Assembly (NCBI GenBank): GCA_050084985.1
Contig: JBITNC010000001.1
Location: 163,494,001-163,558,000 of the forward strand
Origin: Nageia nagi
Taxonomy: Eukaryota; Plantae; Pinophyta
Reading direction: 5' to 3'
Length of the DNA stretch: 64,000 bases
The translations under genes were made by a program, and so were the position numbers. Under the pieces are notes generated by a model, which was not told the origin of the DNA, made no database searches, and was given only the letters and a program-made list of their open reading frames with translations. Shown piece by piece: positions 23,500 to 35,618 of this stretch (its first letter is position 1; each line of letters starts with the position of its first letter).

Positions 23500-26450
23500 A
23501 TATCTAGACTATACTGGCTACATCTCAAATGAGTATGGAGGCCCAAATTGAGAAGCTTATTGATTCAATGCTACATCTCAAATTGTTAAAGTTGAATAAG
23601 GTAATAACAGAGGTATATAAAACTGCAGTCTTTATTGATGGATTGTAAAACAAGGACAAGGGCTATGTCAAGGCTCTTTACCCAAAAACTTTAATCCAGC
23701 AATTAGGCTAGCCTTGAATTAAGAGACAGTTTCACAAAGTAAATATTCAGCTCCTAAGCATCCATCTAAACAGCATGAATTTCAAATCGGAAGATAAACC
23801 AACTGGCAAACATTCAGGTCAAGAATCCTTTGCAAATTCCATAGAGGTGGCAAATTTACTGAAGAAGAGATTATGTTTTCTCCACTGCTAAAATGGAGAC
23901 CTGTCCGTAGTTGTAACACTAAAGATCAAGTAAGCTACAATTAAGTGGTCATAAATGAGCTCCATAAAGAGGTCAATGAAACTAAGGAGAAAGGTGAGTT
24001 TGATATGATGGGGTACACAATGAAGATGTGAATTATAAGCATAAATCCACAGCTTCATTTGTTGTCATCATGGAAAAAGAGCAGATTCAAACCAATGGGG
24101 GCAAGGGCACACGTAATGGAAAGCAGGTTTCTACTATTGTTGATGTTGGGAGCACCCATATTTTTCTGAATACAAAATTGGCAAGGTCCTCAAGTCTCTA
24201 AATTGGATTATTTACCAGTGGACGTTGCAAAAAGATATATAATGAGCTGCCACTGAATTCATACAAATATTTTCCTCTATCTTGATGATTATTTACTCGT
24301 ATCTGATTTCTTTTTAATGTCACTTTGAGGATCTGATGCAGTTCTAGATATTCAATAGCTCCCACAGTGGAAGACATTATCATGAACTTTTTTGAACTAT
24401 ATATTGAGTTTGAACAGAATGGGAAGAAATACACCATCCAAGGTTACAAGCCTGGATGATGCAAATTGTTGGATGAGGTACATGGAGCTGCAATAATCTC
24501 TGATATAGATCTGTATTCAAGGTATCATTGTATTTGAGTTCAGAAGAAGATGCATATAGGAAAAACTTCACGACTAATGAAAAGGGCACTACGATGTCCT
24601 GGTGATGCCTTTTGTCCAAACCAATGCTCCACCCACATTGCAATAAACAAGTAATGATGTGTTTCAACCATTGTTGCATGGAAACAGATATTGGAATATA
24701 GATACAATATCAGATATGGATATGACATCATTTCAAAACCTCTTCATATGGATATGATATCTGTAAGAAGCACATATAATTTATATGTAAAAAAAGACAA
24801 AAAGTTATTTGATTAAGAGTACTTCCTATTTTCTTAGGTTTTCTTGATCATTGTTTGATGTTTAATTTTATTTCCTATTTATAAGAAATTAAAAAAAAAA
24901 AAAACTTTTGTAAAAGAAGATTCTAAAATCCTGTTGGTGACACAGCTCCTAAACACTTGGATGTCTAATAGGGCCTGTATACAAGCATATATGGATACGA
25001 TGTTGTACATTTCATGGTGCTCATATCTGTATCTGATATATGGATATGAGTATGAGAGTTAGATGTGAGGAGTATCTGGTGACTTTGGTTTCAGACTTAT
25101 CTGACTAAGTTTGTTACAGTTTACAATGATAATACATCACTCACTAGATAAAAGTTAAAGAACATATCAGACATTTTGAAGTTGAATTATTGAATGATAA
25201 TTAATTGTGTGCCAAAGAGAGCATGTGCAAGTTTGGTGCAGAACAAGTGTTGTACGTTCAACATACAGTGAGTAGAGAAGGATATTTATGGACAACAATA
25301 AGACAACAATAAGATTCAGGCAATGCATTGAAAATTCAGGAAACTATAAGATTCATTAAAAATTTCTCTCCGACTGCAAATACATTAACTGACTTGGCCG
25401 AAAAAGAGCAATTTTATTGGAAAAATGGAAGCTGAAAAATGACTCAATAACCTCACGGAGTTTTTCCCAATTTTAATCTGCCTTCTTTTCTAGATAGTGA
25501 TAACTCTGGAGTAAATAGATACTATTCTATAACAATAAAGACATCCAATTGCATATAAGAGTCAAATATGTAATAAGAGAGAAAACTTATTGCTCACATA
25601 TGAAACATTGAAAAGTAGATAGCAGCAGCTATGTGTACAAAGTTTCAACAATTAACTTGTATATGGCAAATTTGTGGTGAAAAATCAAGAGTCTTCAACA
25701 CTATGTATTCCAAAGAGACATTGACGAACAACAAGCTATATGAGAAAATTACAGAATTTTAATTTACACATTAATCATGGAGAAGAATAAACTAGTTTGG
25801 CAGATGATGCATTATCAAAAGGTAGGAATTTATATCAGCAGTAAAACAGTGGGAAGGAGTAAATACTAGCTGAATATGCGAAAGGCAATCTGATGACACT
25901 CTCAAGACAACAAATATTGCATAAAAAATGACTTGATTTATTGTAAAGATAGGAAACTATTATGCGCTTAGATAACATTTAAAAAGGTAGTGCTTTAATT
26001 TCATGTTCTTCCCTCTTCAGAACATGTCAGGTTCTTTATGACATATAAGAATATTTGACATAAATTCTTATGGAAGGGGTTGAAAGGAGATGTGCATTAT
26101 TATGTGAAACTTCTACAGTATACAAAATAATAAATGGAAGAATTTGAAGAATCCTGGCTTGCTCCAATTATAAAAAAATGGGAATCAATATTCATGGATA
26201 GTGCTTCATAAATCAATTGGTCCCTATACTGATTGAACGCAAATTCCAGGGAACAATTGTACCTAAGTTCAGAATTTTATTGATGGAAATTGGAGAATCA
26301 TAGAAGTGCTGAAGTACAATATGAAAAGGGATCAGAATAGGTAAAAGCAGCAAAATCTCAGTGAGAAATCCAAGTGCATGATCTATTTTTCTGATATTTT
26401 ACAATATCAAATACAGAATACATATCAGATCCAAATGACATCACTGAGGC
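23500..26450 (+). mobile_element. Ancient, internally deleted Ty3/gypsy relic inside the Yos1 intron
   Basis: Gag-like FIDGL*NKDKGYVKALYPKT (~23630), protease GKQVSTIVDVGSTHIFLN (~24120), ADDALSK (~25800), and integrase zinc-binding region FHVLPSSEHVRFFMTYKNI*HKFLWKGLKGDVHYYV (~26000). No LTRs recognised. Confidence 0.75.
24669..25087. mobile_element. hAT-like non-autonomous element (MITE)
   Basis: Degenerate TIRs CATTGTTGCATGGAAAC / GTATCTGGTGACTTTG, subterminal GATA(C/T)GGATA repeats at both ends, and flanks gtttcaac / gtttcaga (6/8 TSD match). Confidence 0.5.
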
Positions 26451-27356
26451 AGAGAATTCAAGAGCTTTGGTTTGGCTGATTCCCAAAATGGCACAACCAA
26501 AGAGTTATTTACCTGGTGAATTAAAACATAATGAATCAAGTAACAGAAACCATTTCCAAGCTTGAAAGAAGCTCCCACTCAAAACAAATGTTTTTTATCA
26601 TCATGGAAGAGAAAGTTTTCATGCAAAGACATCCTCGAAGACTGATTGGGAAAACGTGCTGCACTTGTACTACCCTTGAAGAATTGTGGGCTCCTACTAT
26701 GCTATGTACCCTGATAGTCCTTATTCCATAGCAGTATCCCATTCAATTATGTCTAAACAGTTGTTTATGTAGTTATTATTAAGTTACAGTGCACACAAGC
26801 ATGTTTCTATAGTTTCTCTTAAAGTTGCTAACCTTTGCTACACAGCTATGAATATGCCTTCACCATATGTCCCAGTTACAAACCTTAAAACACAATAGTG
26901 TTCATGAACTGTAACTTTAGCCAGCTGGCTTCATTAAGCGAAAATCTCATGCTTAATGACCATATGGCAACAAAGAACCATGTTCTGGCATGAGGCTGGA
27001 AGAAGACTGGCTACATGTCATGTAATAAGTATGAAGTATCATTACCATACCTTTTCCAAGTATAACCAGATCCAGGTCTGCAGAACAATCCACAAATTAA
27101 GTACAATAATGTTTTATGTACTATTAAATTTAATTTTTAACCTAGAGACTTATGAGTATAGACGTTGATATTAAACCATTGTTGACAACTTGACGTCATT
27201 ACTGTAAACCTTTTTATTTTTATAACACAAAAACTACATAAATTGAAATGGTAGTTTGACATGAAATCTGTAACCAATAGAATCTCCTAACACAAATCAT
27301 TTAATGATATACCTCCAAAAAAACTGTTATCATATATACACTCATGAAAATAACCC

Positions 27357-27670
27357 CATGGCTCACACCAGAACAATCTCTTGGGTACCGTACAACCACC
27401 TATAAATAAGTATAAAACTCCTTACAATAACATGAAACTATTTACCAGAACAATATCAAGAACATCATTTGTTGGGATAACTACCACACAAACATTATAA
27501 AGCAATAAAATAGAACATCAAGAGGCACCACGTTATTAAGATTTTAACATAGTCCAACTAGACACACACACAAAATAACTTCATGGCTCACAACAGAACA
27601 ATCTCTTGGGTACTGTACAACCATCTAGAACAAGTATAAAACTCCTTAGAATACCATGAAAATATTTACC
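27357..27670. repeat. Imperfect ~90 bp direct duplication (27357-27446 and 27582-27670)
   Basis: catggctcacaMcagaacaatctcttgggtacYgtacaacca...tatttacc occurs twice. Confidence 0.85.
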
Positions 27671-28945
27671 CTGTAGTACTCCTTGAAAGTAAGTATTAGT
27701 CTTTGATTTTGGATCTTCTTAATACTGTTTTAGAAAGTCACTAATCAATAGAAAGAACAACTGAGGCAAGTTAATCTAAAGAACATCATTTTTGGCATAA
27801 CTACTATATAAATATCAATTAGACCTTCACTTAGCTTTTGTATGCAAAAAACCCATTTATTGTAATGTAACGTATCTTTCAAATCACCTAGGGTTTACTT
27901 CTATACGAGAAGTAACCAGTACTTTCCAGCCCTCTGAAGCACAATTGTAAACTTGTAGCCCAAATGTATATTCTCATAAGACATTTATAACAAGGTTCTA
28001 CTTCATGCTGCCTAAAAATTGTCTGTCAACACCAGCTCCATTAGCAGTTATCACACAATTATGTTCGGCAATAATTTAAGAGAGCCCTCTTATATGATGT
28101 TGCAGAAATGTATGCACAAGAAAACAGTTTTCTCAAATAATTACAAACTTATTACCAAATTTAGTTAAGTGATACTTCTGTACTGTAATGATCAATGACT
28201 AAGCCCAACTCTTTCAATTTGATTGATGCTTGACAGATACTCTGAAGCCTGCTACCATGTTTGCAATTATGATGTATCTAGTATCACAAACCACTTTAAT
28301 TTAGGCCTTTAAATGTAATGTAAAAATTATAATATTGATGCTTGACTAAACAAAGCATCTGAACAACATAAAATGTATATAATGGCCTATTTTGAGTTAC
28401 AGAAAGATAACGACTTCAATTTTTGGCAAATCAGCCAAATATGTGAAAACTTGAAAAGTCATGATGCAAACCAGACCCCATCTGCTTGAATTAATCATAC
28501 TACATGTGATAATCTTAACAGGGTAACCATCATAGATACAAGAAAACAACAAACAGGAATTCTCAACCCAGGTAGCAGGAAAGTAGTGCCTTTGATGGCA
28601 GTGGATCAAGCGCAACTCAACATTTAGTCGAGTATTTTCTTAACAATCCACACATAACATACATGCTTGAAGCATGTCCAAGATTGACTTACAATTACCA
28701 AATGATTCCACATTTAATGAATTAATTGTTTTGCTCCAGTCTTTTTTCTTGTTTAAATAACCCTAGACTCTGAATGTTTCCACCCACAAATTTTAAAAAC
28801 CTTTGCAGAAAATGAAGCAATGAGATTTCAGTCTTAGATGATAAGGAAATCCCATGAACAAGTAACGATCAATATCAGGTTCGATACAGGGAATATGGTA
28901 AGAGGAAGAATCCTTCCGAATTCAAGGAAAAGAGACGAATCTTAC

Positions 28946-29100
28946 TCGTTCGCAGATCGAATTGAGACTGTGGTTCTGCCTGCTTAAAATCCCTTCGCGG
29001 CTGAAGATCTAATCTCCCTTCCTCTGTCTTCAACAGAGCCACTCGATGTCTTATTCTGCGTCTTGTGTGCCAAGGGTGAACTATGTGCGGTCTGGTATCA
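28946..29100 (-). promoter_or_regulatory. Probable non-coding first exon and promoter of the Yos1 gene
   Basis: CpG-retaining patch (28860-29100) ending in a GTAAG donor followed by a pyrimidine-rich intron start. AT-rich intergenic DNA lies upstream. Confidence 0.6.
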
Positions 29101-29653
29101 ACATTTTGCTAGTGTGGAAATACACATAAGATTACTTGTTCAGGAAGTATGGAAATGATGTAAATCTTCATTTAGCAAATCTATAAACATAACTAGACAT
29201 AACATTTGCAAAATATAAGTCGGTATTCAAAGGATATTTAAAAAATGTTTCAAGATAATATAATGTAAGGTTTTTTTCTTGGTCTAAGTTAGCTTGTTTA
29301 GATACTTACATCATACAAGAAGGAAATGAAAATATATCATATTTTATATAAAATAAAAAGTATACATTATCATTTATATTAAAATAATTAAAATAAAAAT
29401 AATTATTATTTTAGATGTTAAGAGTTTCTCTCTTTTAGAAGTGTAATGGAGTGTCCTATTTAATTATACATTATAAAACATATGAATACATTATAAGGTA
29501 AAGTTAAATTATATTAACATTCACTGGAGATCAACTCAATTGTAGTAGGCCATTACATAGCATGTATGTCTTGTATTAGGAATGAAACATGGGACATAGG
29601 TCGTAGCAAGGTCAACACATGACCAACTCAACCAATAACTGTAACAAAGTGCA

Positions 29654-29678
<25 letters not shown>
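29654..29678. repeat. (CA)n microsatellite
   Basis: About 12 CA units. Confidence 0.9.
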
Positions 29679-29684
<6 letters not shown>

Positions 29685-29699
29685 ATCATAAAAAGATCG

Positions 29700-32600
29700 T
29701 TGTGAAAAGCATTTTTTGGTGTAGTGGATTATGATAGAGAACTTATCCTTGATATTGATATTAAAATGATCCAAAAATATCTTGGTTAATTGAGCATATG
29801 AAAAGATATTGTGCTTCAACAAACTATTATACCAATTTGTGGCATGCCCCCTAAGCATCATGTGAAATATGAAATTTTCAAAGCATCATGGCATCATCAT
29901 TACTTATCAAGTAGTTGGAATACTTTAAATTTTATAAGTGTTCCTTGGGGTCCTTTTTCCCTTAAATGGTTATATCTTTGGAACCTTAAACTTAAAATGA
30001 TATTGTTTGATTAGAATACTTTGATGAATAGGTTAATTGCAAACTAACTCATACAATAACTTTTTAGTACCTTATGTATAAAGTTGGGCCCCGACCTTTC
30101 CATGGTTTATATTTAATGATTTGTTAAGGGTGAAACAATAAGATTTTTAGAATAGCGAAGTCAAATTGGGCATCTTTAGGCTCATGTCACGGTATAGGAT
30201 CTCACACTTGATAAGATATAGGATGATGATCTAGCTGTGGAGGTGATATAGGCTAATAAACTATGTAACCAACACAAGTATTAGGGGTAACTAGTTTGAT
30301 CATATAATGGGATCATCATAATGTAGCTAATGGTCATGAGATAACTTTGGAAGAGTACATACAAAGGAAGGTTCAATCTCAATGTGATGTGATGGGAGTG
30401 ATGGAGATAGAGGGGCATCAACCCTTTTCTTTTAATAGAATTTTGGATCACTATTAGAGAGGGCACATGGAACTCTCTCAAAATGCATATATGATGTGGT
30501 TTGAATAATTATGACAATAAGATATAAGTAATTATTAGGTCAAATATCCCAAGGAATAATGACATCATGAACATGAGTTGATATATAAAATACCACATTA
30601 GGATAGATCCCATAGTCATACTCAAAAGGGGAATCATATGTATAAGGGGTATTTCCTACAACATATGCATGCTCTTAAGGAAGACTACAATCTATCATAT
30701 GAATCCTAGAAGGAATACTCAAATGAGCTAAGTGTATATGTGTTAACTTTATATGGTCATCCTAATGATGAGGTGAGTTAGATTGGATATGCATGAAGGA
30801 GGAAACTCTCACATGAGATAACCCTGCATAAGGGGAATCCTAATGTTCATTACTTCATCTTCCATGTGAATGGATAAAATTTGAAATACTAGGATGAGGT
30901 TGACCTTGATGCATACTTTGATTTTAGTTTTGGACCACTTTAACAAATTATTTGAATTCCATGACTTAACCTGATAAGGCTAACATTATACAAATATAAT
31001 TGTTAACAAGGTTGATAAACTAACTCATAAAGTAAATAATGTACCCTAGATTTTTTTTATTTTATTTTTTATAACCAACTACTTTCAAACAATAATACAC
31101 AAATAAGCTACATGCTTATTTTATCATGCAAAAAATTAAAATATGAGTGTAAAGTGATTAACTCATTTACTAATTTTCATTTTTAAATTAATCTTTTTAA
31201 TGTGTGTAGTATGAGATAAATTTCAGATGTTGCTTTAATTTTCTCTAAAAATATCCATTAAGGTACAACTGGAAAAATAAATGGATGTATCATCCTATCA
31301 TCAACATACCTATAGATAATAGAAATGGTGTTGGCCAAATTATTGTATGTAAATGATAAGATGATGGTTAATAAATTAGCTCTCCTATGGTTAGATTGGC
31401 TTGGGGTCCTCCTAAATGGGGCACCTAGCACTTTAAAAAAATAATATTAGGAGTGATGCCATTCATGGCCTATGCATGAGAGAAAAACACATACTTCACT
31501 TCATCTCTTGTGTGATAATCAACCAAAAATAAATTTATTGATACAAAGGACCTAGCCTAGTCATTATCTCAAGCTAACCATATAGATAATCAACCTCCTT
31601 ATGATGAATCTAAGTCATTCATCATATTAATTATGGCAAGGAATATGCAACTATATTGATGGTTGGTTAGTAATAAATAGGCCATGTGACAACATATTTA
31701 ACCATGATAGATAGATTTATCATGGCACTCACTAATACCAAAAGGCCAAAAGAAGATAATTTAGCCATATTTCAAAATTAATTTCATCATCGATTATTAT
31801 TACAAGTACTAATACTTGTATCCAAGCTAGCATGCATATTGAAATAAAATTGACTTATGCAAGGGGTATGAACTAAGTATTCATTATGATAATAAGCATT
31901 TATTGTGAAAGTTGAAGACAAATTTAGAGATTTCACAACATGATATATGCAAGTGGAAAATCTTTGACAAAGTAACATACAACAAAAAGCTTAAGGATTT
32001 TAGAGTAATAGGAGGGATTTATTAAGATTGGATCCATTAGACAACACCCCATTAAGACAAAATGAGATTATATATAATTATCTTTACAAGTAAAACTTTA
32101 ATAAATTTGTTCATCAAAGGTGTCGTGGGTATGATGCCCAACTATCAATAAAAGTTGTAGTGAAATGTAAGGATGAGAACATTATAACTGGGAAGGTTAA
32201 ATTTCAATTCACAATAGATGATATAACTCAAGTTACTAGGTTAATCCCAAATTGAAGAGAGATAAAAAGAGAGTATAAGAATAAGAAGAAATACGTTGTA
32301 ATATTCATAGGGCCAAATGAAAAACTTATGAAATGCATAACATGTTATGTTAGAAAGAGCCTTACAACTGCATGCAATGAAATGGAATAAGTTATAATAA
32401 AGTATGTTATGATTTAGCTCTTCTTAATCATTTTAGGAGAACTACTAAATTTTTCATTTTGAATTCTCTTGAGAGATCTATAAAAGCTTTGAAAGATTGT
32501 AATTTTGACCTTCCCCTCCATCAAGGAATCATTTTTTTGCTCCATAAGAAAGTTGTAGAAAAATCACCTCCTAATTATCATGTGAACCACTCTTAAATTA

Positions 32601-35408
32601 CCCCAATCACCCTAAAGCCTCACCTAAACCTATTGAATATACTAATGAAGGGAGAAAAAGCTCATCCCAATACCTTAGCAAAGACCCCTCATCCTAATTT
32701 GAAACCTAAGAAGCCCAATTTCAACCCTTATCTAGATTTGGCTTACAATAAATCCTTTTTTATTAATCTTGACTTAGAAAAGGAGCAATAAAATATGAAT
32801 TTTACAATTAAACTAATGAAATCCCATTCTAGTTTTGAATATATAGATAGCATAACAAGGTCATCTCGAAAACTAAAGGATCCTTTTAAGATTAAGAAGA
32901 TATAATAATTTCAAACAAATACAAGAACTAAAAAAATAGCGAGAGGGCAAATAAATAGGTACAAATGTAGGTTTTCTTATAAGAAACATTACCAACCAAA
33001 ATGATAAATGAAAGTGGCAAAAGTAAGGAGAACAATCACAATAAGTACAAAAGGACTCTCTTAAAAATGAATTACCACTTGCTTTGGAAGATCAACCTAG
33101 AAAATAAAACAAAAATAAAAAGATAAAAAACTCCAAAATCTAATGAACAAACTAAAATCGAAAGATAAAAATTCAAGGAGATACCCTTACAAAAGCCATG
33201 GAGAAAGAAGAACAAGAGACAAATGATTATGGAGGACATTAATTTAACAAACAGAACCAATTCTAAATACAGATTGGTTCCTCAAAATGCAACTCTCAAA
33301 GAGTGAATGGATAAGCTAGCTTTCATCAAATGGTTTATATATAAATGTTAAACCTCATAGTATGTCTTTAAAATATTTTGAATTGATGTTGTTGTAGCTT
33401 TGCTACAAATTTACTTTATTAGTATTTCTTTTCAAATCTTTTCACTAATTTAGATGTTGAAATATTTTATATTAAAAGTTTATATTGTTAGTCTAGGTTA
33501 AGCATCCTCTCTAAAAAATCCCATTTTGTTGTGATGATGTAACTTCTTTTATTTACCTAATAAAAAAATATATCGATGGTTGGTGATGAAATTTAACTCA
33601 TCAATCATTAGTGGTTGATGATGAAATCTAACTCACTAAACTTAACTCAATTTTTAAGTATTTTAGTTGTAAGCCTAACCAAATGAGAATGTAATTATTA
33701 CCCCTACCTAACTAGGCTAATAGAAAAACCAATGACTAAAAATAAATTTTTTATTTCTTTTACATTTTTTCAAATTAAAATCCCTATGCTAGCTCCACAC
33801 AAGGATGCTCTTTCACTACATAAGATGCAAACTAAATCTATGATGCAAACAATTTTAAACAAATCAAAAAAATTATTTTAGCCTCATTTCTTATTGTCAA
33901 ATACAAAAAATATAAATATAGTAAATTCAAGATAGTATTTGATATCTCCATCAATGGAAGTTCCTTGATACTCTAATTTATAGTTTAGTTTCATTAGTAA
34001 CACCAATTAGACCTCTTTTATCTAATTTTTGTAACAAGGATTAAATCTCTTCTATTCGATCCTAGCTGATGCAAATTCAACCTCTTGTTCCAACTTCTTC
34101 CACTAATACTATTGATTGTCTACACCTACCATAAGAAATAGAGAAGTGAGATTTTTGCAATGAAGGCACAAATTTAAACTATTAAAAATTATTAAAAATA
34201 GGAAATAATTAAGAACTAAGAAATAGAGAAGTCATAAAAGAAGACCCCTTGTTGATCTCTCATCGAGTCATGAACAAGGGCCCTCATTATAACATCATAA
34301 ATGTAGCTAGAAAAATATTTCTTTATAAATAAATAAAGAGATTGAATTTTGTGAATCATTTACAACCTCTCAATACCTCAAATGATATTGATATTATAGG
34401 ATATGATCTTTGATTACAAAAGTTTGTGCTTTGAATTCAACGATGATCTTGGAAATGCATGGTAAAGATGTCTTTAATATTTAATGATGAATCCTTCTTT
34501 GGAAATGGAGATTTTGAGAACAAGTCTCCATCAAAATCTATAAAAATTCTTTTAAATATGTGTTGAAAACCTATGAAACCAAACTATTAGTGCACATGTA
34601 TTGATGGAATATGAAATAATAACAACAAATAAACCATATATAGCATACATGTAAAGATAAATAATCTAAACCTATGATATTATAAACTAAAAAGGGAAAG
34701 TGATAGACAAATTTACCAAAATAAGGATCAAACCCTATTTTCTAATTTTGGTAAATAGGACCAAATCCTTAAGGGATGATCCCTATTATTGTATCCTTTC
34801 CTTTGAACCACATGCATATTTATTTCTCCTTTATTATGATGATATTTTATCATGGGGGAATTGGTGGATTTTGGAACTATATCTATAATAAAACATTAAT
34901 CTATCCTACAACACATACATTAATTCATATGCAAAGTACATATAATTAAATCCATGCTAAACATGAGTAAGATAACAAACTTAAAATATTATCAAATATA
35001 TATAATAACTTAAGGAAAATTATGGAGATAATTAGGTAGTATAATATTATACAAACTTGATATATCAAAATAAGAGGGGTGTAGGGGAGATAAACTAATC
35101 GAGGTTAGTTGCATCTACTTAAGTTGAGTTGCATATACTCTATGTGATTTGGTGGATATGTGTGGATATTAGGCTAGACTAAAGGAGTATAGAATATATA
35201 GGATGCTTTTCCAACTATAAAAAGTTGATATGTAGTTAAAAAATCAATGTGACAATAATTAGGATTGGTTAGGCAATCCTAACGCCTAGAGTAGATTGAC
35301 TGGTCAGTTTCACCAACTAATAAAGATTGGCTAACAAATTTTGGGATTGGGTGGTTGGTCCATGTATATTGAGACTTGAAGCTAAAATGTATATTTTGGG
35401 TGTCTACA
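29700..35408 (-). mobile_element. Truncated Athila/Tat-like Ty3/gypsy E (putative 5' LTR ~33966-35408, leader, decayed gag), interrupted by a LINE
   Basis: Retrotrans_gag motif LRGHATNWYNSLLKHNIFSYAQLTKIFLDHF at ~29760-29860. LTR-like terminus TGTAGACACCCAAAA on minus at 35408. Possible decayed tRNA-Asp PBS (tctccatcaatgg) at ~33945-33960. Linking these parts into one element is inferred. Confidence 0.5.
31668..33568 (+). mobile_element. ORF1-only L1-like LINE, 1.9 kb, bounded by a TSD
   Basis: 16-bp TSD TATATTGATGGTTGGT (31652-31667) / TATATCGATGGTTGGT (33569-33584). 3' end ttacctaat+A7. Decayed ORF1 hallmarks include knuckle-spaced CITCYVRKSLTTAC (32334-32375). The 3' ~600 bp is homologous to 57323-57950. 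There is no room for ORF2. Confidence 0.75.
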
Positions 35409-35618
35409 CTTAGGAACATATAGAAATTAATAATATTAATGGATAATTGATTAACTTAGTTTCAAAGAATTTAATTTGTAGTTTTCATTTGAATCATGAC
35501 ATGCAAGATGGACATGGAAAATACTACTATTTACTTAATGTATTTTAAGGTACTATATATGATGCACAAGTGAATATAATCATATAAGGGGTTATGTAGA
35601 ATGTATAAGAGTTACAAG

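Larger units (their letters stand above)
20734..28945 (-). other. Probable ~8.2 kb 5'UTR intron of the Yos1 gene
   Basis: Donor GA|GTAAG at 28945 in a CpG-rich patch and acceptor tgcAG at 20734. The pairing is inferred, and additional UTR exons are possible. Confidence 0.65.
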
